DNA of 59,045 bases, counting the filler, from Sphacelaria rigidula (taxonomy: Eukaryota): assembly GCA_964200075.2 (NCBI GenBank). It is 8 parts of 8 records of this genome, joined end to end, with 100 filler letters (N's around TTAATTAATTAA, not from the genome) between each part and the next. Parts side by side here need not be neighbours in the genome. Positions count along the whole stretch, not along the records: positions 29,575 to 36,867 come from CAXNAA020015587.1; positions 36,968 to 44,260 come from CAXNAA020015588.1; positions 44,361 to 51,653 come from CAXNAA020015589.1; 5 more parts are not named here. One strand, 5' to 3'. Both the position numbers and the translations under genes were made by a program. Positions 35,877-48,957 of the stretch are shown in pieces. Numbering within the stretch: the first letter of the stretch is position 1; every line of letters begins with the position of its first letter. Under the pieces are notes generated by a model. The model did no database searches and was not told the DNA's origin. It worked only from the letters and a program-made list of their open reading frames with translations.

Positions 35877-36759
35877 ACGGCTGCACTTGAATGTCCTCTA
35901 GTCAGCCAGTGTGTGATGGAAATTGATGTCAAGTGGGTTGGAGTACTCAGTGGTGCATGTATGAGAAACAAAATGAGCATGCATGATGTGTTTGATTCAT
36001 GCTTGCCCTTGTGTGTTCCCTTTCCACATCATTATGCACCGTTTCACTCAGCAGCGTATCAAAATATTTGTGTATGTATATGCCGTCGGGCTGTGACTTA
36101 TAGTAGAAAGGTATCCTTTGTAATCATATGCGTGTTTTGGTTAGATTGTGCGGTGCTACTAGCTTCTAGTTTGTGACAGTGGGAGTATTCACAGGAGTGC
36201 AGTGTGTGATGGGAACGGCAGTGCTTTGCCGAATATTGGCGTCTGTCGTGAAGATATTTGTGGTGTGGGCAGGTACGAGAGGTATCTTGTACGCCGTCTG
36301 TGTTCCGGTGGTGCTTGTTGGACCCGTGGCTGGGTGTTTACGCGAAGGTGCTGCTGCTGTGATTTCACCGCGAGGCGTTGCTGTTTTTGCCGGTGTGTGT
36401 TATTGCGATTACGTTGTTGCGGATCAGGGAGCGACGTGGGTTATTATCCCACGCGTTGGGAAGACATATCTGTACGTCTCCCAGTCATTTCATACTATCC
36501 TCGTGGCTGGCACTGCTGCGTGCCTAGCACACGTCACGGTGCACGTCGTACGATCAAGAGCTGCGCCTGTCGCAGTCTAACGTTGTTCGCACAGGGCTGC
36601 AGAAATTTGTCAATATCGGTGCATGAGTGAGTGCCAAACATCTTTCCCAACGTGGCAACAAGAGCAATATGCCACCAGCCCGACATGGAACTCCCTCTCT
36701 TTTTTCTCTCCACTCAATACCAAGACCCATGCCTATGTCGCATGGCGTGCAGCAGTACG

Positions 36760-36867
36760 GGTGTACTCATTATCATGCATGCCATAGCCATCAGACCATT
36801 GACCTCGCATCCCTACAAAGCCGGCACAGAGCCCGCCGGGTTTTCGACGGAACAGGCCCGCGCACAA
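36760..36867 (+). repeat. Repeat family B, 5' fragment at contig end
   Basis: ggtgtactcat.atcatgcatgccatag.catcagaccattgacctcgcatccctacaaagccgg matches about 40024-40090 and 44197-44260. Confidence 0.85.
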
Positions 36868-37002
36868 NNNNNNNNNNNNNNNNNNNNNNNNNNNNNNNNN
36901 NNNNNNNNNNNTTAATTAATTAANNNNNNNNNNNNNNNNNNNNNNNNNNNNNNNNNNNNNNNNNNNNCCAATCAACCATGTGTCTCACTGATTTTATTCT
37001 GA

Positions 37003-37120
37003 AGCTGCGGAAGCAAGTGGTCTAATCAACCACGGTGCAACCTCTGCATACTACTGTTCGCTGAACAGTAGTTGGCCTGTCGTAAGGACAGTGCCACGAC
37101 CACGAATTATTCCAACACGG
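37003..37120 (+). repeat. Dispersed repeat family D (inverted copy 41875-41997; diverged copy ~47450-47540)
   Basis: gctgc.gaagcaagtggt...accac..tgcaacctctgc...ctactgt...acagt.cca..ccac.aattatt.c.acac is shared among the three sites. Confidence 0.65.
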
Positions 37121-37723
37121 TGGCCCAGATAAAGTACGATTGTAAACGATTTCCTAGATCAGGTATACCTGGGCGAAATCTGGCCTAAAAAAGGTAAGCG
37201 GTTGCAGGAGGCGAGACGTCCGTTTTCGCGTGGCCATATCTGTCGAGTGACATGTTTTTTCCCCGTTTGTTTTCGAGGCCAGGATGCCAACGGCCCCCTC
37301 GAATGATGTGCGTGGAAACTCCGGAGCGAAAACGGTCAAAATGGTGTGTTCGACTGTTTTCGCGTTTCTGGCTTTTTTTCTTACATCTCTTGGGCAAAAA
37401 GCGAGAAGGTATACCTTTTCTAGGCCATTGCTTGAACATTGAACAGTAGACACTTCAATAAGACATGGCGATCTATCATCATCCACCGTATCTCCAGCGC
37501 GGAAACATTGGCAAGCATCTACTCCGGTTTCGACATGTTCCACCACTACTCATCCCTAGCACAGAGCGGGCGTGCAGGTAAGGGCATCGAGAGGCAAGGA
37601 GTGGCACCACGGAGTACCCCACATCACGCGACGCATCCCATCGGGTTCGTGTTGCACATGTATAGCGGCCGGGTATCTGGGTATAGGTTTCAATATGGTG
37701 TACGTCTGCTTGTCTCGCCGCAG

Positions 37724-37804
37724 GTGCCATCTGGTCTACGAACGGTGACCTGACCATCAGCGGCGATACCACGTTCAAGAGCAACACCGTAGGATTTGCC
37801 GGAG
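37724..37804 (+). CDS. Single 81-nt symmetric (phase 1-1) exon of a Pmp/adhesin-like beta-helix repeat protein
   Basis: cgcag|GTGCCATCTGG...GCCGGAG|gtgagg encodes GAIWSTNGDLTISGDTTFKSNTVGFAG(G), containing the GGAI and FxxN motifs of polymorphic-membrane-protein-like repeats. A possible upstream exon ends at the donor GCAG|gtaagg near 37577. Confidence 0.65.
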
Positions 37805-40015
37805 GTGAGGCACAATCCACGCCAACACAAATTGAACAGTAAGCACCCCCGAGATCGACAGCAACGCTGCCCGCTGCCGGACAGCTGTCGTAAACGGTGT
37901 GGATGGGGAAATCTCGGGTTTGCTCAACAAACAACGCGCAGCGTATCGATCGAGCACACGAAAGTAACAGGACTGCTGATTGAATGGCAACACATCTCCT
38001 TTGTCATCGCCGAGTAGGTTCACGATTTGTTCAGGAAGTGCTTCTCGAGAACAAGAGCCGCTGAACACTGCATGCACCTAATTCGATCTATGTTCACGTG
38101 GCTGTTTTCAGTGAAGCGCCGCTACATGCTTCCGCCACAACCATGCAGCCCATCTTCGTTTGGTCATATCTCCTCATCTCGTAGCTCTGAATAGCAACGA
38201 GGTGGTTCGGGAGGAGACGCGGTGTGGTGACAGCCGTTATTCCCGTACACTGTATGAGGTACCCGTTGACATCGAATGAGCCCTGTCTTGTGCACAGATG
38301 CTGCACGTACTGTCGCTTCCCTTGAAAAGGCGTTGCCCCGAGATCTCTGCAGACCGAGCCTCGGACAACACGCACTAATATACCGCGACAGGAATAGGTC
38401 CATATTGTAGGTACGACTCAATCGCCTCGATCGTGATTTCCCGATAGCGCGGCCTTGAGTATACAGCGTTCGGCAAAGGGTATCGATTGCCGTCTCCCAC
38501 CGTCCGCTGACTGTACTGAAGGACAACGAATGGCAAATCCTAAAGCCCAATGGTTTCCATCAGGAGGTATCGATAGACTCAAGAAGGAAGCGATTGATCG
38601 AGCAACAGAGCGCTTCGTATTGGATGTTGATCAGATATCGTTGTGAACAAGTCGCGGCTGACCACAGCTCTCGCTACCGAAAACAATTTCGTGTTACACA
38701 ATCATTGCAGTCCATGGCTTTTCCACCAGCGTGTTGTTTCCACAGTCGCTGTCGGTAGTATTCCATGTGCATATGGCACTGTCCATAGCGACACGTTGGA
38801 GATCTCTACGGTAACGCGATACGTGCTTGAAGTATTTGAATTCGTCGCCTGTATGGTTCTGGTTCACGTGACGCTACCGCTTCGATCATCTGGCATATAC
38901 CCTGAACAAGAGCGGTGGGAATCAAATATTGCCCTTCCTCGATAGACCTCAATATGAGTAGTTGAAACGGTTGACGTCCGACGGAGGATGATTTCATGGC
39001 CTCTCAATAGTATTGGAATCAACAGGTCACAATGAAGCCTGCTGATTCTCATTGCTACTATCGATAGGGTGGCAATCGTCGTCCGCAATAGCTGTTCCGG
39101 CCTCGAATAGAGTTTGGGAAAGCGTCACGACAGATTATCGAAGGATACCTCGGTTCAGTGTGTTTGTTCCCTTCGAAGTGCCACCCTTTCCAGCTTTTCC
39201 CGGAAAGCTTGAAAAAAGATCTCACTGACAAACAGTGAGAGCGTGACACCTGCAATCCAGTAACGAAAATCCTTCCTACGCTGAGTGGTCGGGGCGGACG
39301 CGGAGGCCGTCTGGGACTACCGTGTCCCACAGAGGGAAGTAGAGACCCATTGGCCATCCACGAAGCCCCCAGGCCATTCTCCCACGAATCGGAAATACAT
39401 ACAATTCATTATTCAATACCTCGGCAACGTGGCAGAGAACATTTCAACACAAAACAAAGCTATTGCAGGAAAAAATAAGGAGTAATGTCCGCTCGTCCGT
39501 GTTGTACCTTGTGCTACGTATCAGCACCTGATGACGCCACACTGTAGAGCTCAGATACGAGTGAGGAAATCTGCTGCTTAACGTGGAGTACCACGCCTCC
39601 GTCCCTCACCAAATACTCGTGTCCTTTCTTGCCTTGAACCCGCCAAAACATGATCGATTTTCTGTAGAAGATGCGTCAGGGTTGTTCACTCAGTTCCTGG
39701 TTCCTCTCATGTACGTCATCTGCTCCAGGCGGGTGTTCCAGAAGAGGTGTTACGTCGCACAAATATAGAAATCCTGATGTAGGGCAGTTCGGGCAGCAAG
39801 AGCGGGATCAGGGAAGCTTTTCCATGATGCATTCTCCTGGTGCAGTATCCGTGCAGTGCCTTCCTGGTGAAATGCAAACCTTGAGCCCGCCGTACTGATG
39901 TGCATCTACCACGGAACATGAAGCATGTGGAACAAATGATAGGTGGGGAGAAAAATTCTGATCATTTCCGACATGATCGAAGATGGCTTTTACACTGCCT
40001 CACGGGTGTCTACAG

Positions 40016-40570
40016 GGGGGCGGGGGTGTACTCATGATCACGCACGCCATAGTCATCGGACCATTGACCTCGCATCCCAACAAAACCGGTACGGAGCACG
40101 CCGGATTTTCGCCGGACCAGGTTCGCACTCAATCACCCAGCGCGAAGCGCCGTGGTGTGTTCGGCGAGTCGCACGAAGGGTGAGCTACCTCCTGCCAAGA
40201 TTGTTTGGCCCGAGGCCTACGGATTATCTTGCATTTGGATAACAGCATACAGTGAGTTGCTTTATTGTCTGGTATCGCCACTTCCGGAGACAGCCACGGC
40301 TTTTACACTGCCTCATGGATGTCTCACCATTTAAACACTACGTGGTAGGACCATCCCCATTGCGCGGAGTTGAGGTTCTTCCACGCCGTAGAACATGATC
40401 TACCTCAACTACCATCATGGTTACCGCAGAAAAAAACGCAAGGGCGCAAAACAAAACGGTAACCTGGTTGCCTAGCGGAAGTAGTAAGTGGCATGTTTCG
40501 TTGCGTCGTCGCCAACCGACGCCAGCCCCATCGGGGATCCGCCCTACGAAGCCGGGACGGGGCATACCGG
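40016..40570 (+). repeat. Repeat family B, longest copy (others: 7395, 14789, 36760, 41655-41868, 44190-44260, 57773-58265)
   Basis: Shared blocks cggagcacgccgg..ttcgccggaccagg.tcgca, gtgttcggcgagtcgca, gattatct.gcat.tgga, gtatcgccacttcc and accat.atggttaccgcagaaaa. No ORF, TIR or TSD identified. Confidence 0.85.
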
Positions 40571-42106
40571 GTTCTCGCGGGACCGGGGGAGAGGGGTAAA
40601 AGTTACCAACACCCCATCCTGCATGAAGACACCATGATTGATTATGTTTTTCCAAAGAAGTGGCTGCTGACGTTGACGATATGTCTTGTGTCAGTTCAAC
40701 GACACACTAAACACAGAGCTATCAGGCGACGCTGGCCGCAAGCTGAGCGGTTACCTGTAGTTTCTACATCTTTTTCGAAATTCGATCGACGATTTTCGGG
40801 GTAGGGGCATCTCAAACTTCCGTGGTATCGATGGTTTGAAGGGCGGGGAGAGATTGGAGATAGCGGCCTACACTTTACGGATTTCAGTCTCTCCCCTGCA
40901 CGTTTCGATGTTTGAAACCAACACTCCATTCGAGTAGACTTCGATGCGTTTCACCCTCTTATCTGGAAATTTCACGACACTGCAGCAATCGCTCGGCCCC
41001 TGCGGACCAGGGACACTGATATGTGTATGGCAGTCAACAGTCCCAAACCGTACGAGAATGTCAACGGAACCAAACTACAGCGACGCACACAATCGTAACA
41101 CATCAATGCGACTCATCTCACGGTGGGCCATAACATGATCACTGGAGCCCCGACGATGCACGTGGCGATCAAACAGCAGTACCGCGACAGACTCTGCATA
41201 AAATGTTGCAGCTCAGTAAGTTTCGCGGAGAACACACGGTAGCAGGCAACCTCGAGCCTGGAGTGGAGCTTGCCATGGGTCGTCAGTGCACTCCCGTGCG
41301 ATTACACCGATCCCCGCGTGAAAGTTTGTCTAATCGTTTTTGTTTTGCGCACACCCATCCGATGACCCCAGTCCATGCGATGACGTGCATATTCCCGGCA
41401 ATTCCAAGAATTATCAACAATCAATAGTTCGGAGTTCCGCAACATGTTGGCTTGGAGAAAGCGATGCCGTCCCATTCACCACTCTGAGTCATACTACGAC
41501 GGGGGGAGGGCGTTGGGGCCGTTCGTACTGACCGTTTTACGTCCTACTTATGTTGCTGTCTATGGCGAATCGTAACATTTTTTACCTCTAAACTGTATAA
41601 AGATATGGAACGGATTTCTTACCAACGGTGTATTCATGATCTGAAATGCCTATAAAGACGGGGCGGAGCACGCCGGGTGTACACCGGACCAGGCTCGCAA
41701 CCAATCACCAAGCGCGAAGCATCGCGATTTGTTCGGCGAGTCGCATAAAGAGTCAGCTGCACCCTGCTAAGATTGTGCGGCCCGAAGCGTTCTGATTATC
41801 TCGCATATGGATGGCAGCCTCTAAGGAGTTGATTCATATTCTGGTATCGCCACTTCCAAAGACAACCACGCCCTATGTCGGAAATAATTGTGGCTCGTGG
41901 CGTTTGGTACTGTTCTCGAAACAGACTGACTACCGTCGCAGAGACAGTAGGTTAGCAGAGGTTGCATAGTGGTGGTCAAACCACTTGCTTCTGCAGCAGA
42001 CAGAAAGTCCAAAGACAAAGATGGCGTTTGGGGCTCTTCACTTCGGCCGAACAAAATCAAGGCAGCCTCTTTTGCAAGCAGAGTGCGGAGGAAATAAAGA
42101 AGAGCT

Positions 42107-42152
42107 GGGTAAGCTTGGTGAGCCTGGTAAGCTTGGTAAGCTTGGTAAGCTT
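42107..42152. repeat. 9-bp tandem repeat (GGTAAGCTT) x5
   Basis: ggtaagctt ggtgagcct ggtaagctt ggtaagctt ggtaagctt. Confidence 0.9.
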
Positions 42153-44419
42153 GGGAGAGCGATTGCAAGGGCGATAGACCACCGATTACGACCATACTCA
42201 ATCCTGGAAGAAGAATCCAACACTCTGCACGTACGTAAGGTCTAATCGTATCATTCAATTCAACCTCGCCACTGCGGACGCGGTAGCCTTGCTAGCTTAG
42301 ACTGCCTGCAAAGTTGCACACAAGATTTCCAGCAGCTTACGTGGCCTAATTACTCTGCGGGAGTATCTTTCATTGACGAATCATGGCAACACGCCTACTG
42401 GAGCCGTATCCTACTCGAAACGTCATTCACACTAGGTAGACTATAAATCAACACAAAAGAGGTACTCTCCGTGAAAAGGATAGTTATGAAACGGTCTTAC
42501 GTGGTTCGTTGTTTCGTTGAAACGCAACAGGTTGTACCGCTATTTTTGGTGCAACAACTCCATTCAAACATAATGAATATAGACTACATCGTCTAGATTT
42601 TTCCAACAGCCTACACACATGCCTCATGGATGTCTCACAACGCGAGGGGCGGAGATATTTTGGAGCTTTTTCTTCCACGCAATTCCGCTTCAAATCTTCG
42701 TTGAAAGCAGCAACGGGTTTTGAAACACGCTCGTTACCGGTGGATAATACCTATTCGTACTGCTTGACACCGTCTCAGGTCATATACATGCGCGCCGCGA
42801 GTGTGTCAGGTTGTCGGACACCCCTAAGAGCCCCACTTATCGCGGATTGAAACATGCCCCGCCTATCACAGCACGACTACTACAGAGATCTCTTTAGCAA
42901 ACTCCACTCAAAGAGAGGGAACCAAAGCGCTCTCCACTCAAACTGAGGGAACCAAATCGCTGCCAAAATAGTGTCGTTTGCGACGTGGTGTTGCTTGGGT
43001 TGAGAAAACTTACCGAAACGCCAAAACTTGAGGCTGTAGTCGCAGGACCCCCGAGGACAGGTCAGCCCGTACGTCCTCCAGTATTCAGGGCAGGAATCGT
43101 TTCTCTGGAGAATGTGAACTCGATGCTAGTATCTCCTGATCTCGGAAGCCTTGGGGTCAATCGTTCACCGTGATGAGCGGTGTCACCGAAAAACCGTTGA
43201 GAACCGCTAACATGGAAAGATTGCAATAAACACTCGCCTCTCACAGCCGTTGAGTACTGTAGCTCTACGTGAATATCACTATACTGAGCAGCACCAGAGG
43301 GGAATGGTGAGCCTATCCTCTTACTGTACAGCTTTCGCACTGAAACATCACCTTGCAAAAATATACTACGGCGCTCCTCTTACATACATCGATGGATGAA
43401 CGTGCTTAAAGTGATACATCGGCTATATTGCCTCTGAAAGCATGAGCGTATTCAACGGAGTAGGACGGTTCCATTGCCAATGATTTCCTACCCCTGTCGC
43501 TTTCTTGTGCTTGACTAAAATAGGGTGCCTGATCGTCTGAGATCATCAGGAAATTCATAATTGTTCAACAGCAAAAACAGCTTGCTTTGCCGACCACCAC
43601 GCCAGTGCTAACTGGTGATGGAGCCTGGTCTTTGGTTTTTCCTCACCTCCGTTTTCATGGGCGGCGTTTGTAGGGAACGTCGTATCGCCATTGATAGGTT
43701 GATGCGATAGTACCTGTGGCGAGAGTAACGAGTGCACGCAGCATGTGAGTGTGACCGGGTGACGGGTCACTGCACCTGTACTTGCTTGTTTACCCACAGC
43801 AGTTGAGAAGCCGAGCGTTTGAGGCGACGTCCGCCACAGCAACAAACGACGCTTGCTCCTCGCTGCTGTTTCCTGCCAACCCATGCGGTACTTTGTGCTG
43901 ACGTTGGGACGGATGGCAACGCAAGGCTGACATTACACCCACGGTCGCAAGTCTTTGCACATTGCAGATATGGTATGCAAAGTAGTGTCGAACTCTTCCT
44001 AAGTTGGGTGGGGAAGTATCGTTGTCGTTCCCTACTTTGTAGTAACCTTTCACAACTCGCGTTCTACCAAGATGTACTGTGCGCAAATATTGGTGCCACG
44101 AAAGCTGTTCCGTCTCAGTGTTAAATGCGGCATGGTAGAGAGTGTCTTTGTCGAAACGCATCTGGAACTGCACTGCCGGCATTGGGGGGGGACGGGATGT
44201 ACTCATGATCATGCATGCCATAGTCATCAGACCATTGACCTCGCGTCCCTACAAAGCCGGNNNNNNNNNNNNNNNNNNNNNNNNNNNNNNNNNNNNNNNN
44301 NNNNTTAATTAATTAANNNNNNNNNNNNNNNNNNNNNNNNNNNNNNNNNNNNNNNNNNNNGATTCCGGCCCTACACCCGCCGAAAAGACCGTCCCCACGC
44401 CGTATCGACAAGGCCGGTC

Positions 44420-45442
44420 ATGGCCTTTGTCGGAGGACGGGGAACGGAGGGATATGTGATGATTACTCTGTATGTAGATGATTTCTTGATGACAGGACCG
44501 TCAATCAGTATACTGCAACAGGTTCAGGATGCTCTGAAGTCAAGATTCTCCCTCTCCGAGCTAGGACCAATTTCTCTTATTCTCGGTATAGAGGTAATCA
44601 GAGATGAAGCGCGAGGAACTCTCAAGTTGTCACAGCATAGGTACGTCGAATCAATGCTCAAGAAATTCGGTATGGAGTCATCCAATCCAGTTCACACACC
44701 GGGAACACCAACTCACCTCGTCGGCGATGCGTCTGAAGATACCTTCCTGGAACTGTCAGAGAAAACAAAGTACCAAGCGATGGTTGGGAGTCTCATCTTC
44801 CTGGCTCAGAGCACGAGATTCGACATCGCATTTAGGGTTTCCCAGGTAGCAAGTCACATGAGCAGCCCAAGTAGTCAACACTAAGTAGCGATTAAACGGA
44901 TAAATCGGGACCTGAAGGGAAAACCCGATCTTCCGCTAACGTACTCAACCTCCAATAAGGATCTTGATATCAAGGGATTTCGTGACGCTAGCTATGGTAA
45001 TGCCGGGCTTCAGGGTAAAATGCGATCCACGACGGGGACGTTATTTTTTCTGTCTAACGGGCTAGTTCATTTCGCTTCGAGGGTACAACGTATTTCAGCT
45101 ACTTCAACGACAGAAGCGGAGTTAATTGCCCTTTCGAAATGCGGCAAATTCGGAACGTATCTCTTCAATCTGATACGAGAGCTTGGATGGTCATCCATTG
45201 AGCCCGCGACTATCTACTTGGATTCACAAGGCGCACTTCATCTGTCTTCGAACGCCAACTTCAGCACCAGCTCGAAACACCTGACGATACGATTCTCTAA
45301 TTTGAAAGATGTGATTCGAGCCGGACAACTAAGGATAAACTGTGTACGATCTTCAGAACAAATAGCCTATATTTTCACAAAAAAATGTGATAGAACTATA
45401 CATCAGAGACTGCTGAAGGCTACAACCGAATTTGGGAGATGA
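44420..45442 (+). mobile_element. Ty1/Copia pol remnant (RT C-terminus + RNase H) with an in-frame stop at 44882-44884
   Basis: ITLYVDDFLMTG, YQAMVGSLIFLAQSTRFDIAF, GFRDASYG..RSTTG, ATSTTEAELIAL, YLDSQGA, SKHLTIR and EQIAYIFTK are Copia RT/RNase H motifs in one frame. Confidence 0.92.
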
Positions 45443-45475
45443 CGGGTATTAATCGGGCAGGATATTCATCTTCAG

Positions 45476-45579
45476 CATCATCGTCAACCCTCAACTTCGA
45501 TCATCATCGTCAACGCTAAACCTCGATCATCATCGCCAACGCTCAACTTCTACCATCATCTTCAACGCTCAACTTTGAC
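45476..45579 (+). repeat. 26-bp minisatellite x4 downstream of Copia pol
   Basis: catcatcgtcaaccctcaacttcgat / catcatcgtcaacgctaaacctcgat / catcatcgccaacgctcaacttctac / catcatcttcaacgctcaactttgac. Confidence 0.9.
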
Positions 45580-47907
45580 CTTTTAATTTTTTCGAGTGTC
45601 ATCACCCAAGCGACATCTAGACCATCCCAAGGGCACCACACCACATCACTTCTCAATCCCCAACATTTTCTAAACACAACCTTCAGCATCCTCTATCTTC
45701 ACCACCATAATGAGCCACCGCAACAACTCCTACAACTACGGAACCAGAAATGCGCGCGGACACGACGGACAAAACTCAGCAACCAATGGTCGCGCAGACC
45801 GCACTTTGCACCGCCAGAGGTCACAACACGGCGTTAGACCCAATGCGCGGACCCACCTGAGTAACCAGCCTCTGCGACTCCAAGGAGCGCGACCACATAT
45901 ATCGACTGGGGAGATCGAGCTTCTATCGCTCTGGACATTCTCATCCCAGGACAGTCAACTGAGGAGCGTGCGCGAATGGCGGACATGTTCAGGGTGTACG
46001 GGTTCGCCGATGTTCGAGAGTACCCCAGTATTCTTGATTTTTTCAGGAGCTTACCCCAATTGTATCTACACAATGACTTGCGTTTTTTTATTTGATGCTG
46101 GGATGTTAATTTTTTAGCCAAAGCATGGCACATAGAATGCCCACGGGAATTCGATTTCTTTCTCCTGAGGTGGATATACGACGCTCTGATTGACAGATTC
46201 TGTGGCATTCGGTCGATTTCTCGTCCGAATCGACCCACAATCTATTATAGAGGCCCAAATGCGGTCACCGGAGTTTGAGGAACTTGATTTCTTTTTTCTG
46301 TTGAAAATATGATTGAGTGAAAAAACCCAAGTGGGCGTAAGATGCCCGTATACTCGTACATTGTATAGAACGCGCGGCAACATTACCTGCACTAGGTGAA
46401 TTTGTTTCGATTGTTTGTTTTATTCGAGTGCATATTTTCAACGTCCGGAGGGGCACGTCGTAAAAGCATGACGACCTCAACGACCTCCGCGCATTTTCAA
46501 GATCCAGAGGAGCATGCTAAAGATACAGTGTGCAGATCCCTGTAGTTATGATACAAGGTCCAGGAATTACGCTGTAGAAACAATGCGTGCAGCGACCTCT
46601 AGGTTTGCGATAATTTCTCGTCCTTTCCTTGCTTGCCCTTTCTCCCTTTGGGAAGGGTGTATTTTTTGGGGGGGGAGAGAGAGCGGGGAGACATATTTGG
46701 CATCTGTAAGTTATCGTTGATTGTCACGTTGTCACGTGATGAAAAAAAATCGCGGTTTGATGTTACCGCACAATTGTTTTTGTTTACTCATTTCTTTTGT
46801 AGCTCACGGAAATCTGATGCACATGCAAGTACATGTGCATGTGAGCGGAGATTTGTAACAGTGACAAGCTTCGTTTCTCAATTGATGTTAGTCAAGTCGT
46901 TTTCGATACAGTACAGACACATGAGCTGTACACCAGTACAAGTGCGTACCTGGACGATTGACTTTGTGTGCTGTGAGTACTACATAGTTCGACTGATAGT
47001 ATTCCCTTGCTACACATAGCATGCAAAGTACACTATTTTTCTTTGATATCGACATCTCACACGGGAGGGTGTTGCAAGTTTAAACAGGGCAGTCTAGGTT
47101 CGTTGTGTGTGATTGAAATCGTCGCTGCAAGATACTGTACTGTATGAGCGGCACGACTTGAATGTTGGTTGTTGCGGTTCAGGTGAAACTGTAAACCACG
47201 TATGTGTCGTTTCACCGTACCTTTTTCATGGTAAATTAGGGTACGTTTGAAGATCTTTTGGTTTGCGTACTGCGTTGGTTTTTCTCCAGGGAGTGGAAAG
47301 TGTTGAGGTTCGCTCTCGCTCACCACCGCTTCTCACTCTCCCCAGCAACCCAGTTTTTGGTTCAACAGCTCTCTATTGCAAAAGATGCTGTTTGGTATTT
47401 TAGGCCATTAGCGCCGAACTACACGATCTTGTTTTTCACTTCACTGCTCCTCGCAAGTAGCTTCACCGCTACAGTGCAAGCCTCTGGTCAACTGTCCAGT
47501 GAGACAGTGCCGTGTCAGCGACTAATTTCCAACACAGTGTTCATTGTCTGCTGCACTATGTTTATCTGTTTAGGTAGATGTCTCACTTGCTCTTCCACGG
47601 TCGTGGGGTGCTGATACTCTTCAATATTCAAACCTAGTTAAATTGTCAACCTCGCTCAACCTTTACTCGAACCTGAAAACCTCCACACCTCTCTCTCAAA
47701 CGCTCTCCGACTCAAACTCTCCTCTTGCTCTAACTCTCTCCAACCTCAAACCCTACTGCAAAGGCGGTAAATCTCTTTCGCTAGCGTGATAAACCGCTCT
47801 GATGCGGGAGTAAGCACCCACACAACTCAAGTGCGTGAACGGTAGTCAGCACCTGGTTCAGGTAGATATCAGTAGTACTGCATAAAGCGTTTTGATTATC
47901 TCGTCGT

Positions 47908-48171
47908 GACACTTTCTACGATAGCTATCATAGCCCCCCCCAATACCAGCCCAAAAGTGTCACGGAAAAAATGACCATGCAGCGCCTGATGTTTGGGTTC
48001 AGGCTTGCATGAAGCGCCTCATATTGGCAACACTGGCGAGGACGAACCCAAGCGTGGGAATTCCCAGCTGCTCGTTGTGATCGGCTTTTCCCATTTCGAT
48101 TTACGTGAATATTTTGCCTCCCAAAACCAAGCACTTCTTCGGGGAGGGGGGGGGCTATCGTAGAAAGTGTC
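47908..48171. mobile_element. Putative MITE with 18-bp perfect TIR
   Basis: GACACTTTCTACGATAGC (47908) ... GCTATCGTAGAAAGTGTC (48171), with inner C-run and G-run. TSD not resolved. Confidence 0.65.
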
Positions 48172-48957
48172 TTGTCACACTCTGTTTACTCACTCGGTTT
48201 CCCTCTTTTAATCTCACTCAGTCACCCAAAAACACACACCTAATCTCTCTCACACTCAATACCACACACGCGTACTCACCACACACTCTTATGCAAACCC
48301 CCAGAGCAAGGCAGACACAAGTCACCCAGAACCAGACTTGACTGACTGACGGGGGCGATGACTGGTTCGTCTGTCTGCGCGTGAAGTATATTGTACTCGC
48401 ATAACCTACGTCATTAGACACTGTTCCTCTGATTGGCCATGGTAATGCTCCGCAACCTCAACATGGTTGATGCTACATGTGCCGCACTTTATCCTGCATC
48501 AATCTTGTTCATGACAGAGCGTGAACATATTCAATCATGTTGGTGATACCAGGCGTATGCATTGCGTTGCAGGATTTCACATTGAATTTCTGGAGTACTG
48601 GAATGACGTACTTATGCTGTGAGAATTATAGGGTTCCACGCTCTGTATCTCTTATGACCTCCACACCAAGGATGAGGGAGACCGGCCCACGCTCCGTGAT
48701 AGAAAACTTCGTCCGTACAGTGCCTTGAACATTTTAGAGAAGCTTGATGGAGGGTCCCGATAGTAGAATGTCATCGACGAAGAGTGTCAGTATTAGGTAG
48801 TCGTGCTGCTGTCCTTCAGTATAGACGCATGGGTCGCTTGCAGTGGCAGTGTATCCAATTTTCGGCAACTCAGCGTCGATGGTGAAATTCCGAACAACAG
48901 GGCTCTGTCTGAGGCCATAAAGAGCGCGTCGAAGCCGTATCACATGTATGTGGTGGT

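Noticed and set aside
36173..36630. Hydrophobic or Cys-rich ORFs downstream of the helicase stop
   Set aside because: GT-rich sequence in the likely 3' UTR or intergenic region; no splice support or recognisable domain.
41985..42245. Collagen-like GKL repeat ORF
   Set aside because: It arises from a 9-bp tandem repeat in repeat-rich DNA; no exon context.
45476..45579. CRISPR-like 26-bp repeats
   Set aside because: The repeats are directly adjacent with no spacers and there are no cas genes; this is a minisatellite.
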